This document shows, piece after piece, positions 54,494 through 63,756 of a DNA stretch of 64,000 nucleotides. Below the pieces are notes generated by a model. It ran no database searches. It was not told where the DNA came from and worked only from the letters and a program-made list of their open reading frames with translations. The stretch's first letter is position 1, and each line of letters starts with the position of its first letter. The position numbers and the translations under genes are program-made. The stretch is from Acidimicrobiia bacterium (GTDB taxonomy: Bacteria; Actinomycetota; Acidimicrobiia; Spongiisociales; UBA5794), in contig JAOZRW010000005.1 in assembly GCA_029939995.1 (NCBI GenBank), forward strand, positions 8,730-72,729, written 5' to 3'.

Positions 54494-57400
54494 TCATCCG
54501 CCGGCTCCCGGCGGCACCAACTCCTGCCATGTCGGAACGTGAATCTCCCCGGCGATGATCCGTGCCTTCATCGTCTCGAGATCGGCAACGATGTCGTCGA
54601 TGTAGCCGCCGCTCGTTGAGTAGCCGACGCCGTCGTTCGCCAGGTTGAAGATTCGCTTGCCGGGTGTGAACGTTCCATTCGCGTAGTCCTCGAGCGCCAC
54701 ATACATCGCCGTGTCGGTTCGCTTCAGCATCGAGGACAACACATGTGGCTGCAGCTCCACGAGCCTCTTGGGTTCATAGGGCGGCAGCACGTCGGTGAGC
54801 CACATCACCCCCGGGTCGCTCCAGTTCAGATACGAGTCGGCGTCGACCCCGATCATCCACCGGTGAACTCCGGTCTCATCGGTCACGTCTTTCGCCGTGT
54901 ATGCGACGCCGATGCCCGAATCCCCCGCTGCCGGGTAGATCACGTCGACTCCGCTCTCGTAGAGTTCCCGGGCGTGGATCGCCGCAAGCGCCGGAGACTG
55001 GTAACCGGATATGTCCGGCCACTGGGTGAGGTAGATCGACGTGATCTCGATCGTCGGATCGACGTATCTGGCGCCCGCTTCGAAGCCCGCCCGGAAATCC
55101 CAGATCGGCGGCATATCGACCCCGCCGATGAACCCGATCTTGCCCGTCTCGGTCTTCAACGCGGCGATCGCTCCGACGAGGAACGAACCCTCGTTGGCCG
55201 CGAAGACGGCGAACGACACGTTCGGTCGCGCGTCGATCAACTCCTGGTCGGGTTCGATGTCGAGTACGACGAAGTCGATCTCCGGATGATCGAGGGCCGT
55301 TTGCATCGAACTGTCGGTGAGAAGTCCTCCCCATCCGAGCAGTGCGAGATCCGGGCTGCTTTCGACGATCTCGTTCAGTCCGAGTCCGATATCCGCGGCC
55401 GCCACGACTCCGTGCTCGATGCCGAAGTCCGCTGCTGCACGCTCGACGCCGGAGAGCATCTGGACATCCCAAGCGCCACCCTTCCCCTCGTAGCCGAACA
55501 TGACGGACGGAGGACGGTTCGCGATCGCCGTGACGACAACGAACGTGATGACCGCAGCGAGAGCAACGACGGCAGCGAGCATGCCCCAGAGCCTCACCCG
55601 CGCGCGCCGTGCGGCCTTCGACTCCCGTTCTCGGCGCTGAGCTTCTGCTCGATCAGCTTCGATTCGGGCCGCCGTGCTCGTCGCCAGGTATGTAGAAGCG
55701 CTCGGAGGCAGGGCGATCGAAGACGATTCGTGCCACGCCTCGTAGTCCGCCAATCGTGCTCCGGTGAGGAGGTAGCCGGGGGCGCGTCCGGCCGTCTCCC
55801 ATTCCATGGCACTCGCTAGCAGTCCGTCGAGTTGCACAAGGTCGAACCGTGCTTCTTCGAGCCAGCCCGCGAGACGGCTCCACGCGGAGAGCAGCGCCTC
55901 GTGGGACACCTCGACGGTCGCCGCACCGGTCTGCGAGTCCCGGTCGAAGGTGAGGAGCCTCTCCGCTCCGAACCGCGTGAGGATGGTCGACACCCGCACG
56001 GCCTCTCCCATGGATTCGAGTTCGAGCACCGGCACCGGACGGCGCGTATGTCGACCACCGGCGGGTTTCACGAGACGGAGGAACACGTCACGAGCGGTCT
56101 CTTGCTCGTCCGGATCGAGCGATTCGTACACCGCGTCCGCTCGTCGACCGAGTGCACCGGCGAGGCCCCCGACGTGGCGGTATCCGTCGAGCGTCATCAC
56201 CGAGTTGTCGCGTCCGTCGAAGAGTTCGGTCAGCGTGTACTGGAAGAGCGGCAGCGCACCGGGTTGGTCCGTCATGTCTGAAACCAGTTGAGCGAGTAGG
56301 TCGGGAGCGAATCCAACCCCGACTCGCTGGGCCGGTTCCACGGCGGCGGCTTCGATTCCGGCGGCGGTCAGAGGGAGCACGTTGACCACGTTCTCGGCGA
56401 ACAGCTTTGCGAACTCCGGGTAGAGCAAGGGCCGGTCGTAGAAGTCGGCGCGGACCGTCACCAGGACCCTGATACGTCCCCGTGGCTCTTCAGCGGCGGT
56501 AATCAGATTCCTCAGGAACGCCCGACGGGACGCTTCATCGGTGAGCGTGAAGAGCTCCTCGAACTGGTCGACGACGAGCAGCATCAGCCCGGTGTCGGTC
56601 CGGATCGATCGCAGGATCGATCGCGTGATCGAAGCGTCGTCGGTCGGATCGCTCGCTGATGTCGCCGACCCGGCCGCATCCCGCATCGCGGCGTCGAACG
56701 CGGCGAACGGGTACCGGCCCGGCATGAGCACCGCGATCGTCCAATCATGTGACCCGCTGCGCTCCCCCGCACGCAGAGCCGGGATGAGACCGGCGCGCAC
56801 GGCGCTCGATTTCCCCGATCCGCTCGGCCCCACAACCGCGGTGAAGGGCGCGGTCGTCGCGTCGAGAAGTCTCCGGATGAGCCGGTCACGGCCGAAGAAG
56901 TCGGTCGCATCGGCTTCACCGAACGCTCGCAGGCCCTTGTAAGGATTCCGTTCTGCACCCCGTCGGGCCGATGTCGTCGCCGTCGGCGTGGCCAGTGAAG
57001 GGTCTCTGAGCAGGATCTGCTCTTCGAGACGCAGCAACTCCGGGGACGGCTCGAGGCCCGTCTCCTCGGCGAGCGTGTCTCGATAGTCCCGGAAGACGCG
57101 CAACGACTCGGCCTGCCGACCACCTGCGAACAGCGCGAGCATCAGCAGTCGTCTCGGTTCTTCACTCAAGGGGTCGCGAGCCACCGCATCGCGCAGCATG
57201 GCTACCGCCTCGAGCGGTGTCCCCGCCTGAACCTGCGATTCGCACAGGATCGCCACCGCCCGCTGTCGCATCTCCTCGAGACGCCGGATCTCACGCTGGG
57301 CGAACTCGTCGTAAGCGAAGTCCGCGAGGGGTGGACCCCGCCACAACGCGATCGCCTCGGCCGCCAGGGACGCAGCCGTCTCTCGATCGCCGCCGCGCTG

Positions 57401-57733
57401 CGCATCGGCTGCGTCACCGACGAGACGCTCGAACCTGCGGGCATCAACCTCCTCGGAGTCGACCCGAAGCTCGTATCCGGGGCGGCGAGTGAGTATGACT
57501 TCGCCGTCATCGTCGAGCGCTTTTCGCAGTTCGGAGACGTAGATCTGGACGGAGTGTCCCGCCGTGCGGGGCGGACTCTCTCCCCAGATGAGTTCAATCA
57601 GGCGATCGGTGGAGATGACTTCGTTCGCGTGGAGGATCAGGACGGCCAGGAGCGCTCGCTGCTTGGGGGCTCCGAGCTCGATCGGAACCCCGTCGTCCAT
57701 GACCTCGATCGGACCGAGGATCCGGAACTCCAT
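54494..57733 (-). CDS. Membrane-spanning one-component regulator: SARP (winged-helix + BTAD) + STAND-type P-loop NTPase + single TM + extracytoplasmic BMP/PnrA-family ligand-binding domain
   Basis: ATG at 57733. N-terminal FRILGPIEV...RALLAVLIL... (OmpR/SARP wHTH) and BTAD; Walker A AVVGPSGSGKSSAVRAGLIPAL; TM LWGMLAAVVALAAVITFVVVTAI; C-terminal BMP motifs NEGSFLVGAIAA, KIGFIGGVDMPPI, VDVIYPAAGDSGIGV, WMIGVDADSY, LSSMLKRTDTAMY. Confidence 0.8.
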   Translation of the reverse strand: MEFRILGPIEVMDDGVPIELGAPKQRALLAVLILHANEVISTDRLIELIWGESPPRTAGHSVQIYVSELRKALDDDGEVILTRRPGYELRVDSEEVDARRFERLVGDAADAQRGGDRETAASLAAEAIALWRGPPLADFAYDEFAQREIRRLEEMRQRAVAILCESQVQAGTPLEAVAMLRDAVARDPLSEEPRRLLMLALFAGGRQAESLRVFRDYRDTLAEETGLEPSPELLRLEEQILLRDPSLATPTATTSARRGAERNPYKGLRAFGEADATDFFGRDRLIRRLLDATTAPFTAVVGPSGSGKSSAVRAGLIPALRAGERSGSHDWTIAVLMPGRYPFAAFDAAMRDAAGSATSASDPTDDASITRSILRSIRTDTGLMLLVVDQFEELFTLTDEASRRAFLRNLITAAEEPRGRIRVLVTVRADFYDRPLLYPEFAKLFAENVVNVLPLTAAGIEAAAVEPAQRVGVGFAPDLLAQLVSDMTDQPGALPLFQYTLTELFDGRDNSVMTLDGYRHVGGLAGALGRRADAVYESLDPDEQETARDVFLRLVKPAGGRHTRRPVPVLELESMGEAVRVSTILTRFGAERLLTFDRDSQTGAATVEVSHEALLSAWSRLAGWLEEARFDLVQLDGLLASAMEWETAGRAPGYLLTGARLADYEAWHESSSIALPPSASTYLATSTAARIEADRAEAQRRERESKAARRARVRLWGMLAAVVALAAVITFVVVTAIANRPPSVMFGYEGKGGAWDVQMLSGVERAAADFGIEHGVVAAADIGLGLNEIVESSPDLALLGWGGLLTDSSMQTALDHPEIDFVVLDIEPDQELIDARPNVSFAVFAANEGSFLVGAIAALKTETGKIGFIGGVDMPPIWDFRAGFEAGARYVDPTIEITSIYLTQWPDISGYQSPALAAIHARELYESGVDVIYPAAGDSGIGVAYTAKDVTDETGVHRWMIGVDADSYLNWSDPGVMWLTDVLPPYEPKRLVELQPHVLSSMLKRTDTAMYVALEDYANGTFTPGKRIFNLANDGVGYSTSGGYIDDIVADLETMKARIIAGEIHVPTWQELVPPGAGG

Positions 57734-57879
57734 GTGGTGTCCCCTCGATCTCTCCGGTATCGGTGGTTCCAACCCTACGCGCCCTGCCACACGTCTCCAG
57801 GACCTATTCGCGTTCGTCGGTCACGTCGCCCGGACGCGACGGAGAGGCCCGCCGGAACGGGCCCCTCCGTGTTCGCCCG

Positions 57880-58614
57880 TCAACCGCCGAGGCTCTCCCG
57901 GTAGAGACCCTCGTAGTGGTCGACCATCGCGGCCGCCCTTCGCGCAGCGATCTGCTCGGGCGAGTCCGCCCATGCTGCTTCATGCAACGCCGGCAACTCC
58001 GCGCCGCGCAGGGCCGCGATTCCCTCGGGCGTCCCTGCGAACTGCGCTGCGTACAAGGCCGGCAGTTCGGCGAACCGCAACTGGGCGATGTCCACGGCGG
58101 ACGGTTCGTACGCCGCGGCATGCAACGCCGGCAACTCCGCAGCCCGTGCGCCTGCGATGCCCTCCGGTGTCGCGAGCCACTCGGCTCGGAAGTGGTCGAC
58201 CATGGCTTCGGCCCTCATGTAGGCGATACCTTCAGGGGACGAAAGCCAGCCGGCCTCGTGGAGAGCCGGCAGCTCGGCGGCCCGCATGACGGCGACGCCT
58301 TCCGGTGTGGAGGCGAACCCGGTCTCGTAGAGACCCGGCAGTTCCGCGGCTCGCAGTGCGGCCACGTTGGCCGGATCGGCGAGCCAGCGGGATTCCTCGT
58401 AGGCCACCATGTCGGCCGCCCGGATCGAAGCGATGTCCGACGCACTCAACGTGTTGGCTGTTTCATTCGGGTTCAACACGAGATAGGCGATCCATCCGGC
58501 GACGACACCGATGACGACGGCTCCCAACACGCTCGCGACGCGTCGACCCGTGCTGAGTCTCCGTGCCGGGCGCGTAATCGCCGTGTCTCCGATCTGATGT
58601 TGGAGTGTTCTCAC
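57880..58614 (-). CDS. Membrane-anchored tandem-repeat protein (about 8 repeats of about 20 aa, core AELPALHEAxWxxSPEGIA)
   Basis: GTG start with AGGAGG RBS; N-terminal TM helix, then degenerate repeats ...AALRAAELPGLYETGFASTPEGVAVMRAAELPALHEAGWLSSPEGIA... Confidence 0.5.
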   Translation of the reverse strand: MRTLQHQIGDTAITRPARRLSTGRRVASVLGAVVIGVVAGWIAYLVLNPNETANTLSASDIASIRAADMVAYEESRWLADPANVAALRAAELPGLYETGFASTPEGVAVMRAAELPALHEAGWLSSPEGIAYMRAEAMVDHFRAEWLATPEGIAGARAAELPALHAAAYEPSAVDIAQLRFAELPALYAAQFAGTPEGIAALRGAELPALHEAAWADSPEQIAARRAAAMVDHYEGLYRESLGG

Positions 58615-58707
58615 GTCCGCCTCCTTCCGATTGCTCCGGCGGTCTGCCCCGAACATCGCGTACCGTCCTCAAGGAAGCCTGAAGACCCGCTCTAGTTCCG
58701 CTCTACC

Positions 58708-58821
58708 CGACACGAACCCTGGGTTCTCTGCGTCCTATGTGCCGTCTCCGGCCCGCGGTTCGCCGGGCGCGTTGAACCGCGGGCCGGAGACGGCACATAC
58801 GGGGTCACGAACCCTGGGTAT
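58708..58821. repeat. Palindromic repeat element, copy 3 (divergent variant with a perfect 24-bp internal hairpin)
   Basis: Left end CGACACGAACCCTGGGTTCTCTGCG (2 substitutions vs copies 1-2), shared core TGCCGTCTCCGGCCCGCGGTTCGC; internal perfect inverted repeat TGTGCCGTCTCCGGCCCGCGGTTC / GAACCGCGGGCCGGAGACGGCACA; right end CACGAACCCTGGGTA. Confidence 0.75.
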
Positions 58822-58847
58822 GGCGATCGGGGGGATACGCTTGCCGC

Positions 58848-60671
58848 ATGTCCTCCCCCTCCTTTCGGAACGTCGCGCTGATCGCGCACGTCGATCACGG
58901 CAAAACCACCCTCGTCGATGCCATGCTCGGCGCCACCGGTGTGTTCGGTTCGCACGAGACCCGCGTCGATCGGGTCATGGATTCGAGCGATCAGGAGCGC
59001 GAACGCGGTATCACCATCCTCGCCAAGGCGGCGTCGGTGACCTGGAGGGGCACGAAGATCAATCTCGTGGACACTCCGGGGCACGCCGACTTCGGCGGTG
59101 AGGTCGAACGCGCCCTCACGCTCGTCGACGGTGTCCTCCTCCTCGTCGACGCGGCGGAAGGCCCGATGCCGCAGACGCGATACGTCCTGTCGAAGGCGCT
59201 CGACCAGGGTCTCCCCGCGGTCGTCGTGATCAACAAGGTCGATCGATCGGACGCTCGCATCGACGAGGTCGTCGACGAGATCTACCAGCTGTTCTTCGAT
59301 CTGGACGCCGAGGACCGGCACATCGAGTTCCCCATCATCTCCTCGATCGCCCGCTTCGGGCGCTCGATGGTCGGCACCGGGATCCCGGGAGAGGACACGG
59401 ATCTCGCCCCGCTCCTCGACGCGATCGTCGAGACGATCCCCGAACCGTCGGGCGACCCCACGGCCCCGCTCCAGGCGCTCGTGACCAACCTCGACGCCTC
59501 CGAGTATCTGGGTCGGCTCGCCATCGGGAGGGTCGTGCAGGGGACGTTGAAAGCCGGAACCCAGGTCGCGTTGTGCCATGCGAATGACGAAGAGCCCCCG
59601 ATCAAGCGGCGGCTCAGCCAACTGATGGGTTTCGAAAATCTCGGCCGGGTCGAGGTCGACGACCGCGTCGCGGGGGACCTCTTCGTCGTCGCCGGTTTCC
59701 CCGAGGTCGAGATCGGAGACACGATCGCCGACGCGATGGACCCGCAGCCGCTTCCGCGGCTTCAGGTCGACGAGCCGGTGCTGCGCATGACGTTCGGCGT
59801 GAACACATCACCTCTCTCCGGAAGAGACGGCCGCTTCGTGACGTCCCGCCAGATCAAGGAGCGTCTCGATCGCGAAGTGCTGGGCAACGTCTCGATCCGT
59901 ATCGGGGCAACCTCCTCCCCGGAGATCATCGAGGTCGCCGGGCGGGGCGAGCTTCAGCTCGCCGTCTTGATCGAATCCATGCGCCGGGAAGGCTACGAGC
60001 TCCAGGTCTCCCGACCCGAGGTGATCATCCGCGAGGTCGACGGACGTCCTCACGAACCGGTCGAGCGGGCCGTCGTCGACGTGCCGAACGAGCACGTCGG
60101 CACCGTCACCCAGGCGGCGGCGCCGCGCAAGGGGCAGATCACGGATCTCCGCCCGGGTGACACCGGTCGGACCATCGTGACGCTGACCGCCCCGGCACGC
60201 GGACTCCTCGGTTTCCGCTCGCTCCTCATGACCGCCACCCGCGGCACCGCCCTCATCCATCAGCATCACGCCGGCTGGATGCCCTGGGCGGGAGAGTTGC
60301 CCCATCGCCAGGGCGGAGCCATGGTCGCCGACCGGATCGGGACGTCGACGGGGTTCGCCCTCGACAACCTCCAGAAACGCGGCGAGCTGTTCATCGGCCC
60401 CAACACCGACGTCTATGAGGGGATGATCATCGGCGAAGCGTCCCGTCCCGAGGACATGCAGGTCAATCCGACCAAGACCAAGCAACTCACGAACATCCGG
60501 ACACACTCCACCGACGAGGCCATCAAGCTGAAGCCACCGCGGGAGATGACCCTCGAACTCGCGATCGAATGGATCTCCGGTGACGAACTCGTCGAGATCA
60601 CGCCGAAGGCTATCCGCGTGCGGAAGCGCTACCTGACCGAGGGCGAACGCAAACGACGGAAGAAGCTCTGA
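58848..60671 (+). CDS. typA: Translational GTPase TypA/BipA
   Basis: [40 protein letters not shown]; 607 aa. Confidence 0.95.
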   Translation: MSSPSFRNVALIAHVDHGKTTLVDAMLGATGVFGSHETRVDRVMDSSDQERERGITILAKAASVTWRGTKINLVDTPGHADFGGEVERALTLVDGVLLLVDAAEGPMPQTRYVLSKALDQGLPAVVVINKVDRSDARIDEVVDEIYQLFFDLDAEDRHIEFPIISSIARFGRSMVGTGIPGEDTDLAPLLDAIVETIPEPSGDPTAPLQALVTNLDASEYLGRLAIGRVVQGTLKAGTQVALCHANDEEPPIKRRLSQLMGFENLGRVEVDDRVAGDLFVVAGFPEVEIGDTIADAMDPQPLPRLQVDEPVLRMTFGVNTSPLSGRDGRFVTSRQIKERLDREVLGNVSIRIGATSSPEIIEVAGRGELQLAVLIESMRREGYELQVSRPEVIIREVDGRPHEPVERAVVDVPNEHVGTVTQAAAPRKGQITDLRPGDTGRTIVTLTAPARGLLGFRSLLMTATRGTALIHQHHAGWMPWAGELPHRQGGAMVADRIGTSTGFALDNLQKRGELFIGPNTDVYEGMIIGEASRPEDMQVNPTKTKQLTNIRTHSTDEAIKLKPPREMTLELAIEWISGDELVEITPKAIRVRKRYLTEGERKRRKKL

Positions 60672-60738
60672 GAGCGCCCGGAGCGAACGATCTTGTTCGA
60701 TCCGGCTGTCTAGGGTCGACGCCTCAAGGCGGAGGACC

Positions 60739-61437
60739 GTGAGCGACAATCACAATCAGCGCCGGAGCGGCACTCTGGACGGCGCCGGGGCCGTCGCCCC
60801 GATGCTCATCGGTGTGATCCCGTTCGGTCTCGTCTTCGGGATCGTCGCCGCCGGTTCGGCTCTCGGGCCGCTCCTCGGCGGAGCCACCTCCGTCATCATC
60901 TTCGCCGGCGCGGCACAGCTCGCGATGGTCGACCTCATCGACTCCGGGGCGGCGGCCGTCGTCGTGATCGCGACCGCGCTGATCATCAACGCCCGGCACG
61001 TCATGTACAGCGCGGCGCTCGCCCCCCACTTCCGGGACTTCCCGACACCGGCCCGTTTCGCCCTCCCGTACGTCATGACCGACCAGGCGTTCGCCGTGTC
61101 GATCATTCGCTACAGCGACGTCGACGACCCGGTGTACAAGCGGTGGTACTTCACCGGGGCGGCGGTGACGCTGTGGATCGTCTGGCAGCTCTCGACGATC
61201 GCCGGCATCGTCGTCGGGGCACAGGTCCCGGACTCCTGGTCGCTCGACTTCGCGATCCCCCTCGTCTTCCTCGTACTGCTCGTGCCCGCCGTGAAGAGTC
61301 GCCCCGAACTCGTCGCAGCGATCATCGGCGGCGGCATCGCGGTCGCGGCGGCCGGTGCACCGTACGGCCTCGGTCTCATGATCGGAGCGGTGTGCGGGAT
61401 CATCGCCGGCGTCGTGGCCCATCGGACGATGCGATGA
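60739..61437 (+). CDS. azlC: AzlC-family branched-chain amino acid exporter
   Basis: About 232 aa polytopic membrane protein with AzlC pattern (GVIPFGLVFG...AQLAMVDL...). Confidence 0.75.
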   Translation: MSDNHNQRRSGTLDGAGAVAPMLIGVIPFGLVFGIVAAGSALGPLLGGATSVIIFAGAAQLAMVDLIDSGAAAVVVIATALIINARHVMYSAALAPHFRDFPTPARFALPYVMTDQAFAVSIIRYSDVDDPVYKRWYFTGAAVTLWIVWQLSTIAGIVVGAQVPDSWSLDFAIPLVFLVLLVPAVKSRPELVAAIIGGGIAVAAAGAPYGLGLMIGAVCGIIAGVVAHRTMR

Positions 61438-61751
61438 CGAACGTCGCCATCGTCTTCATCGTCGGAATCGGGACCTACCTGATCCGCCTGTCGTTCGTGG
61501 CCGCCGTCGGCCGAAAGACGATGCCCGAATGGGCGCTCGTGCCCCTCCGGTTCGTGGCGCCTGCGGTCCTCGCCGCCCTCGTCGCCCCGGCCGTGCTCCT
61601 CCACAACGGAGGGTTCGATCTCGCCCCATCGACGAACCCCCGCGCCCTGGCCGCCTTGATCGCGATCCTGATCGCGTGGAAGACGAAGAACACCGCACTC
61701 GTCATCGTCGCCGGCATGTCGGTCGTCTGGTTCCTCCAGGCCGTGGCGTAG
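61434..61751 (+). CDS. azlD: AzlD-family branched-chain amino acid transport protein
   Basis: 105 aa, starts MTNVAIVFIVGIGTYLIRLSF; overlaps the azlC stop (ATGA). Confidence 0.75.
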   Translation: MTNVAIVFIVGIGTYLIRLSFVAAVGRKTMPEWALVPLRFVAPAVLAALVAPAVLLHNGGFDLAPSTNPRALAALIAILIAWKTKNTALVIVAGMSVVWFLQAVA

Positions 61752-61789
61752 GGGACAGAGAACCCCGGAATCGACGTACCATCTCTCGA

Positions 61790-62641
61790 ATGCGAAAGCT
61801 CCTCATCCCCCTGATCCTCCTCGGTGTCGCAGCAGTAGCCGCGCCCCGCCTGTTGAAGCGCGCCTTCACCCCGCCGAAGCGCGACGTCGGCCAGACGCCC
61901 GACGACTTCGGCCTGGATGCAACGACGATGTGGATCGACGGGCCGAACCGGAAGCGTCTGCACGCATGGTGGATCCCCGTCGAAGGGACCGCTCCGGCAG
62001 TCATCGTCCTCCACGGGTGGGGCGGCACGGCCGCCGACATGCTGCCGATCGGACCTGGCTTGCACCGGTCCGGGTTCCACGCTCTGTTCGTCGATGCTCG
62101 CAAGCACGGGCGCTCCGACAACGAGGACTTCATGTCGATGCCTCGCTTCGCAGAGGACCTCGACGCCGCGATCGCCGCGCTCCGGTCTCGCGACGACGTG
62201 ACCGGCATCGGTGTGATCGGACACTCGGTCGGCGCGTCGGCGTCGCTGTACACGGCCGCCGTCTCGGCGACGCCGGACGCCGTCGTCGCCGTCGCCTCAT
62301 TCGCCCACCCGGGCGAGATGATGAAGGAGAACTTCCCGTTCCCGGCGCCCATCACATGGCTCATACTCCAGGTCGTCGAACGGATGATCGGACATCGGTA
62401 CGATGAGATCGCTCCCCGGAACCGCGTCGGAGACATCACCGTTCCCGTCCTGTTCATGCACGGCGAGGATGACGTTGTGATCCCGGTGACGGACTCGATC
62501 GAACTTCACGAACGCCTGCCGGGGAGCCGTCTCATCGTCGTTCCGGACGGGACGCACTCGGATCTCGACCGGTTCGAACCGTACTTCGACGACGTCGATG
62601 CGTTCCTTCGCATCTCTCTGGCGGAGACACGTCCGGCCTGA
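61790..62641 (+). CDS. Secreted/membrane-anchored alpha/beta hydrolase (S9/dienelactone-hydrolase-like)
   Basis: N-terminal signal/TM; VIVLHGWGG; nucleophile elbow GHSVGAS; C-terminal Asp/His (HGEDDVVIP...GTHSD). Confidence 0.75.
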   Translation: MRKLLIPLILLGVAAVAAPRLLKRAFTPPKRDVGQTPDDFGLDATTMWIDGPNRKRLHAWWIPVEGTAPAVIVLHGWGGTAADMLPIGPGLHRSGFHALFVDARKHGRSDNEDFMSMPRFAEDLDAAIAALRSRDDVTGIGVIGHSVGASASLYTAAVSATPDAVVAVASFAHPGEMMKENFPFPAPITWLILQVVERMIGHRYDEIAPRNRVGDITVPVLFMHGEDDVVIPVTDSIELHERLPGSRLIVVPDGTHSDLDRFEPYFDDVDAFLRISLAETRPA

Positions 62642-62685
62642 TCGACACCTGATCCCTACAGTGCGGCCCTGACGAGCGAGGAGCC

Positions 62686-63756
62686 ATGGAGAATAGCAAC
62701 GAACCGTCCACCGCAGATCCGACGCACATCGCCACAACTCCGATCGCGACGATCTGGGGAAAGATCCGTGAACGCGAGGATTGGACCGACGAGGAGCGAG
62801 AAGAAGTTCTCGACGAGTTGTACCCCGCCGATCACCGGATCATCCCGTATACGAAGCGTTTCGCAACGCTGCTCATCCTCTCGACGACCATCGCCGCGTT
62901 CGGCCTGATCTCGAACTCCGCCGCCGTCGTGATCGGAGCGATGCTGGTTGCGCCGTTGATGACCCCGATGCTCGCGCTGGCCGCGTCGCTCATGTACGCG
63001 CAGATGAAGCGATTCGCCGGATCGCTCGTCCTCATCGTCGTCGGTACGGCAGGAGCGATCGCGACCGGTTGGCTGGTCGCCAAGATCGCCGGAGGGTCAC
63101 TGACGTCGCATCTGACGCCGCAGCTCGCGTCGAGAACGGCCCCGAGCCTGCTCGATCTCGGGATCGCGGTCGCCGCCGGTCTCGCCGGTGGCTACGTCCT
63201 CACGCACAAGGGTTCGAGCTCATCGCTTCCCGGGGTCGCGATCGCCGTGGCACTCGTCCCGCCCCTCGCCACCGTCGGCGTCGCCCTCGAAGTCGGGGAT
63301 CGCACCGCTGCGGGTGGAGCGCTGCTGCTGTACGGAACCAACTTGATCGCGATCGTCCTCTCTGCATCGATCGTCATGCTCGTGTCCGGGTTCGTCCCGG
63401 ACTACATCCGCCAGCTCGCCAAGGGTCAGATCGGCCTGCGCCTCCTCCCCTGGGGCATCGCGCTCATCCTGATCGCCATGCCCCTCGCCGCTCACACGCG
63501 CGACGCCCTCATCAACGAGAGGTTCGTACGCAACGTCACCGACGCGGTCGAGGAGTGGGATCCCCAGGCGTCGCTCATCAGCATCGACGCCGAGCGCAAC
63601 GGTGATCGCGGAACGGTCTCGATGACCGTCGCTACCACCGCCGAGCATCAACCGGCCTGGAAGCTCGCGCAAGCGATCACGATGCAGCACGACGTCAACA
63701 TCGATCTGAACATCAACTACCAGCGGGAAATCACCGATGCGTCTTCGACGAGCTAG
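62686..63756 (+). CDS. DUF389 domain-containing membrane protein
   Basis: Gly/Ala-rich TM core VIGAMLVAPLMTPMLALAASLMY typical of DUF389 (TIGR00341) followed by a soluble C-terminal domain. Confidence 0.65.
   Translation: MENSNEPSTADPTHIATTPIATIWGKIREREDWTDEEREEVLDELYPADHRIIPYTKRFATLLILSTTIAAFGLISNSAAVVIGAMLVAPLMTPMLALAASLMYAQMKRFAGSLVLIVVGTAGAIATGWLVAKIAGGSLTSHLTPQLASRTAPSLLDLGIAVAAGLAGGYVLTHKGSSSSLPGVAIAVALVPPLATVGVALEVGDRTAAGGALLLYGTNLIAIVLSASIVMLVSGFVPDYIRQLAKGQIGLRLLPWGIALILIAMPLAAHTRDALINERFVRNVTDAVEEWDPQASLISIDAERNGDRGTVSMTVATTAEHQPAWKLAQAITMQHDVNIDLNINYQREITDASSTS

Noticed and set aside
54105-54542. 145-aa plus-strand ORF in the hisA-like / regulator intergenic gap
   Set aside because: Arg-rich composition, overlaps the 3' end of the regulator gene antisense; only the first part resembles anything (see the low-confidence methyltransferase remnant).
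61751-61790. Sequence gggacagagaaccccggaatcgacg with partial similarity (cagagaacc) to the palindromic repeat TIR
   Set aside because: Only about 9 nt match, there is no inverted partner and no GAACCCWGGGTTC core; most likely chance similarity.
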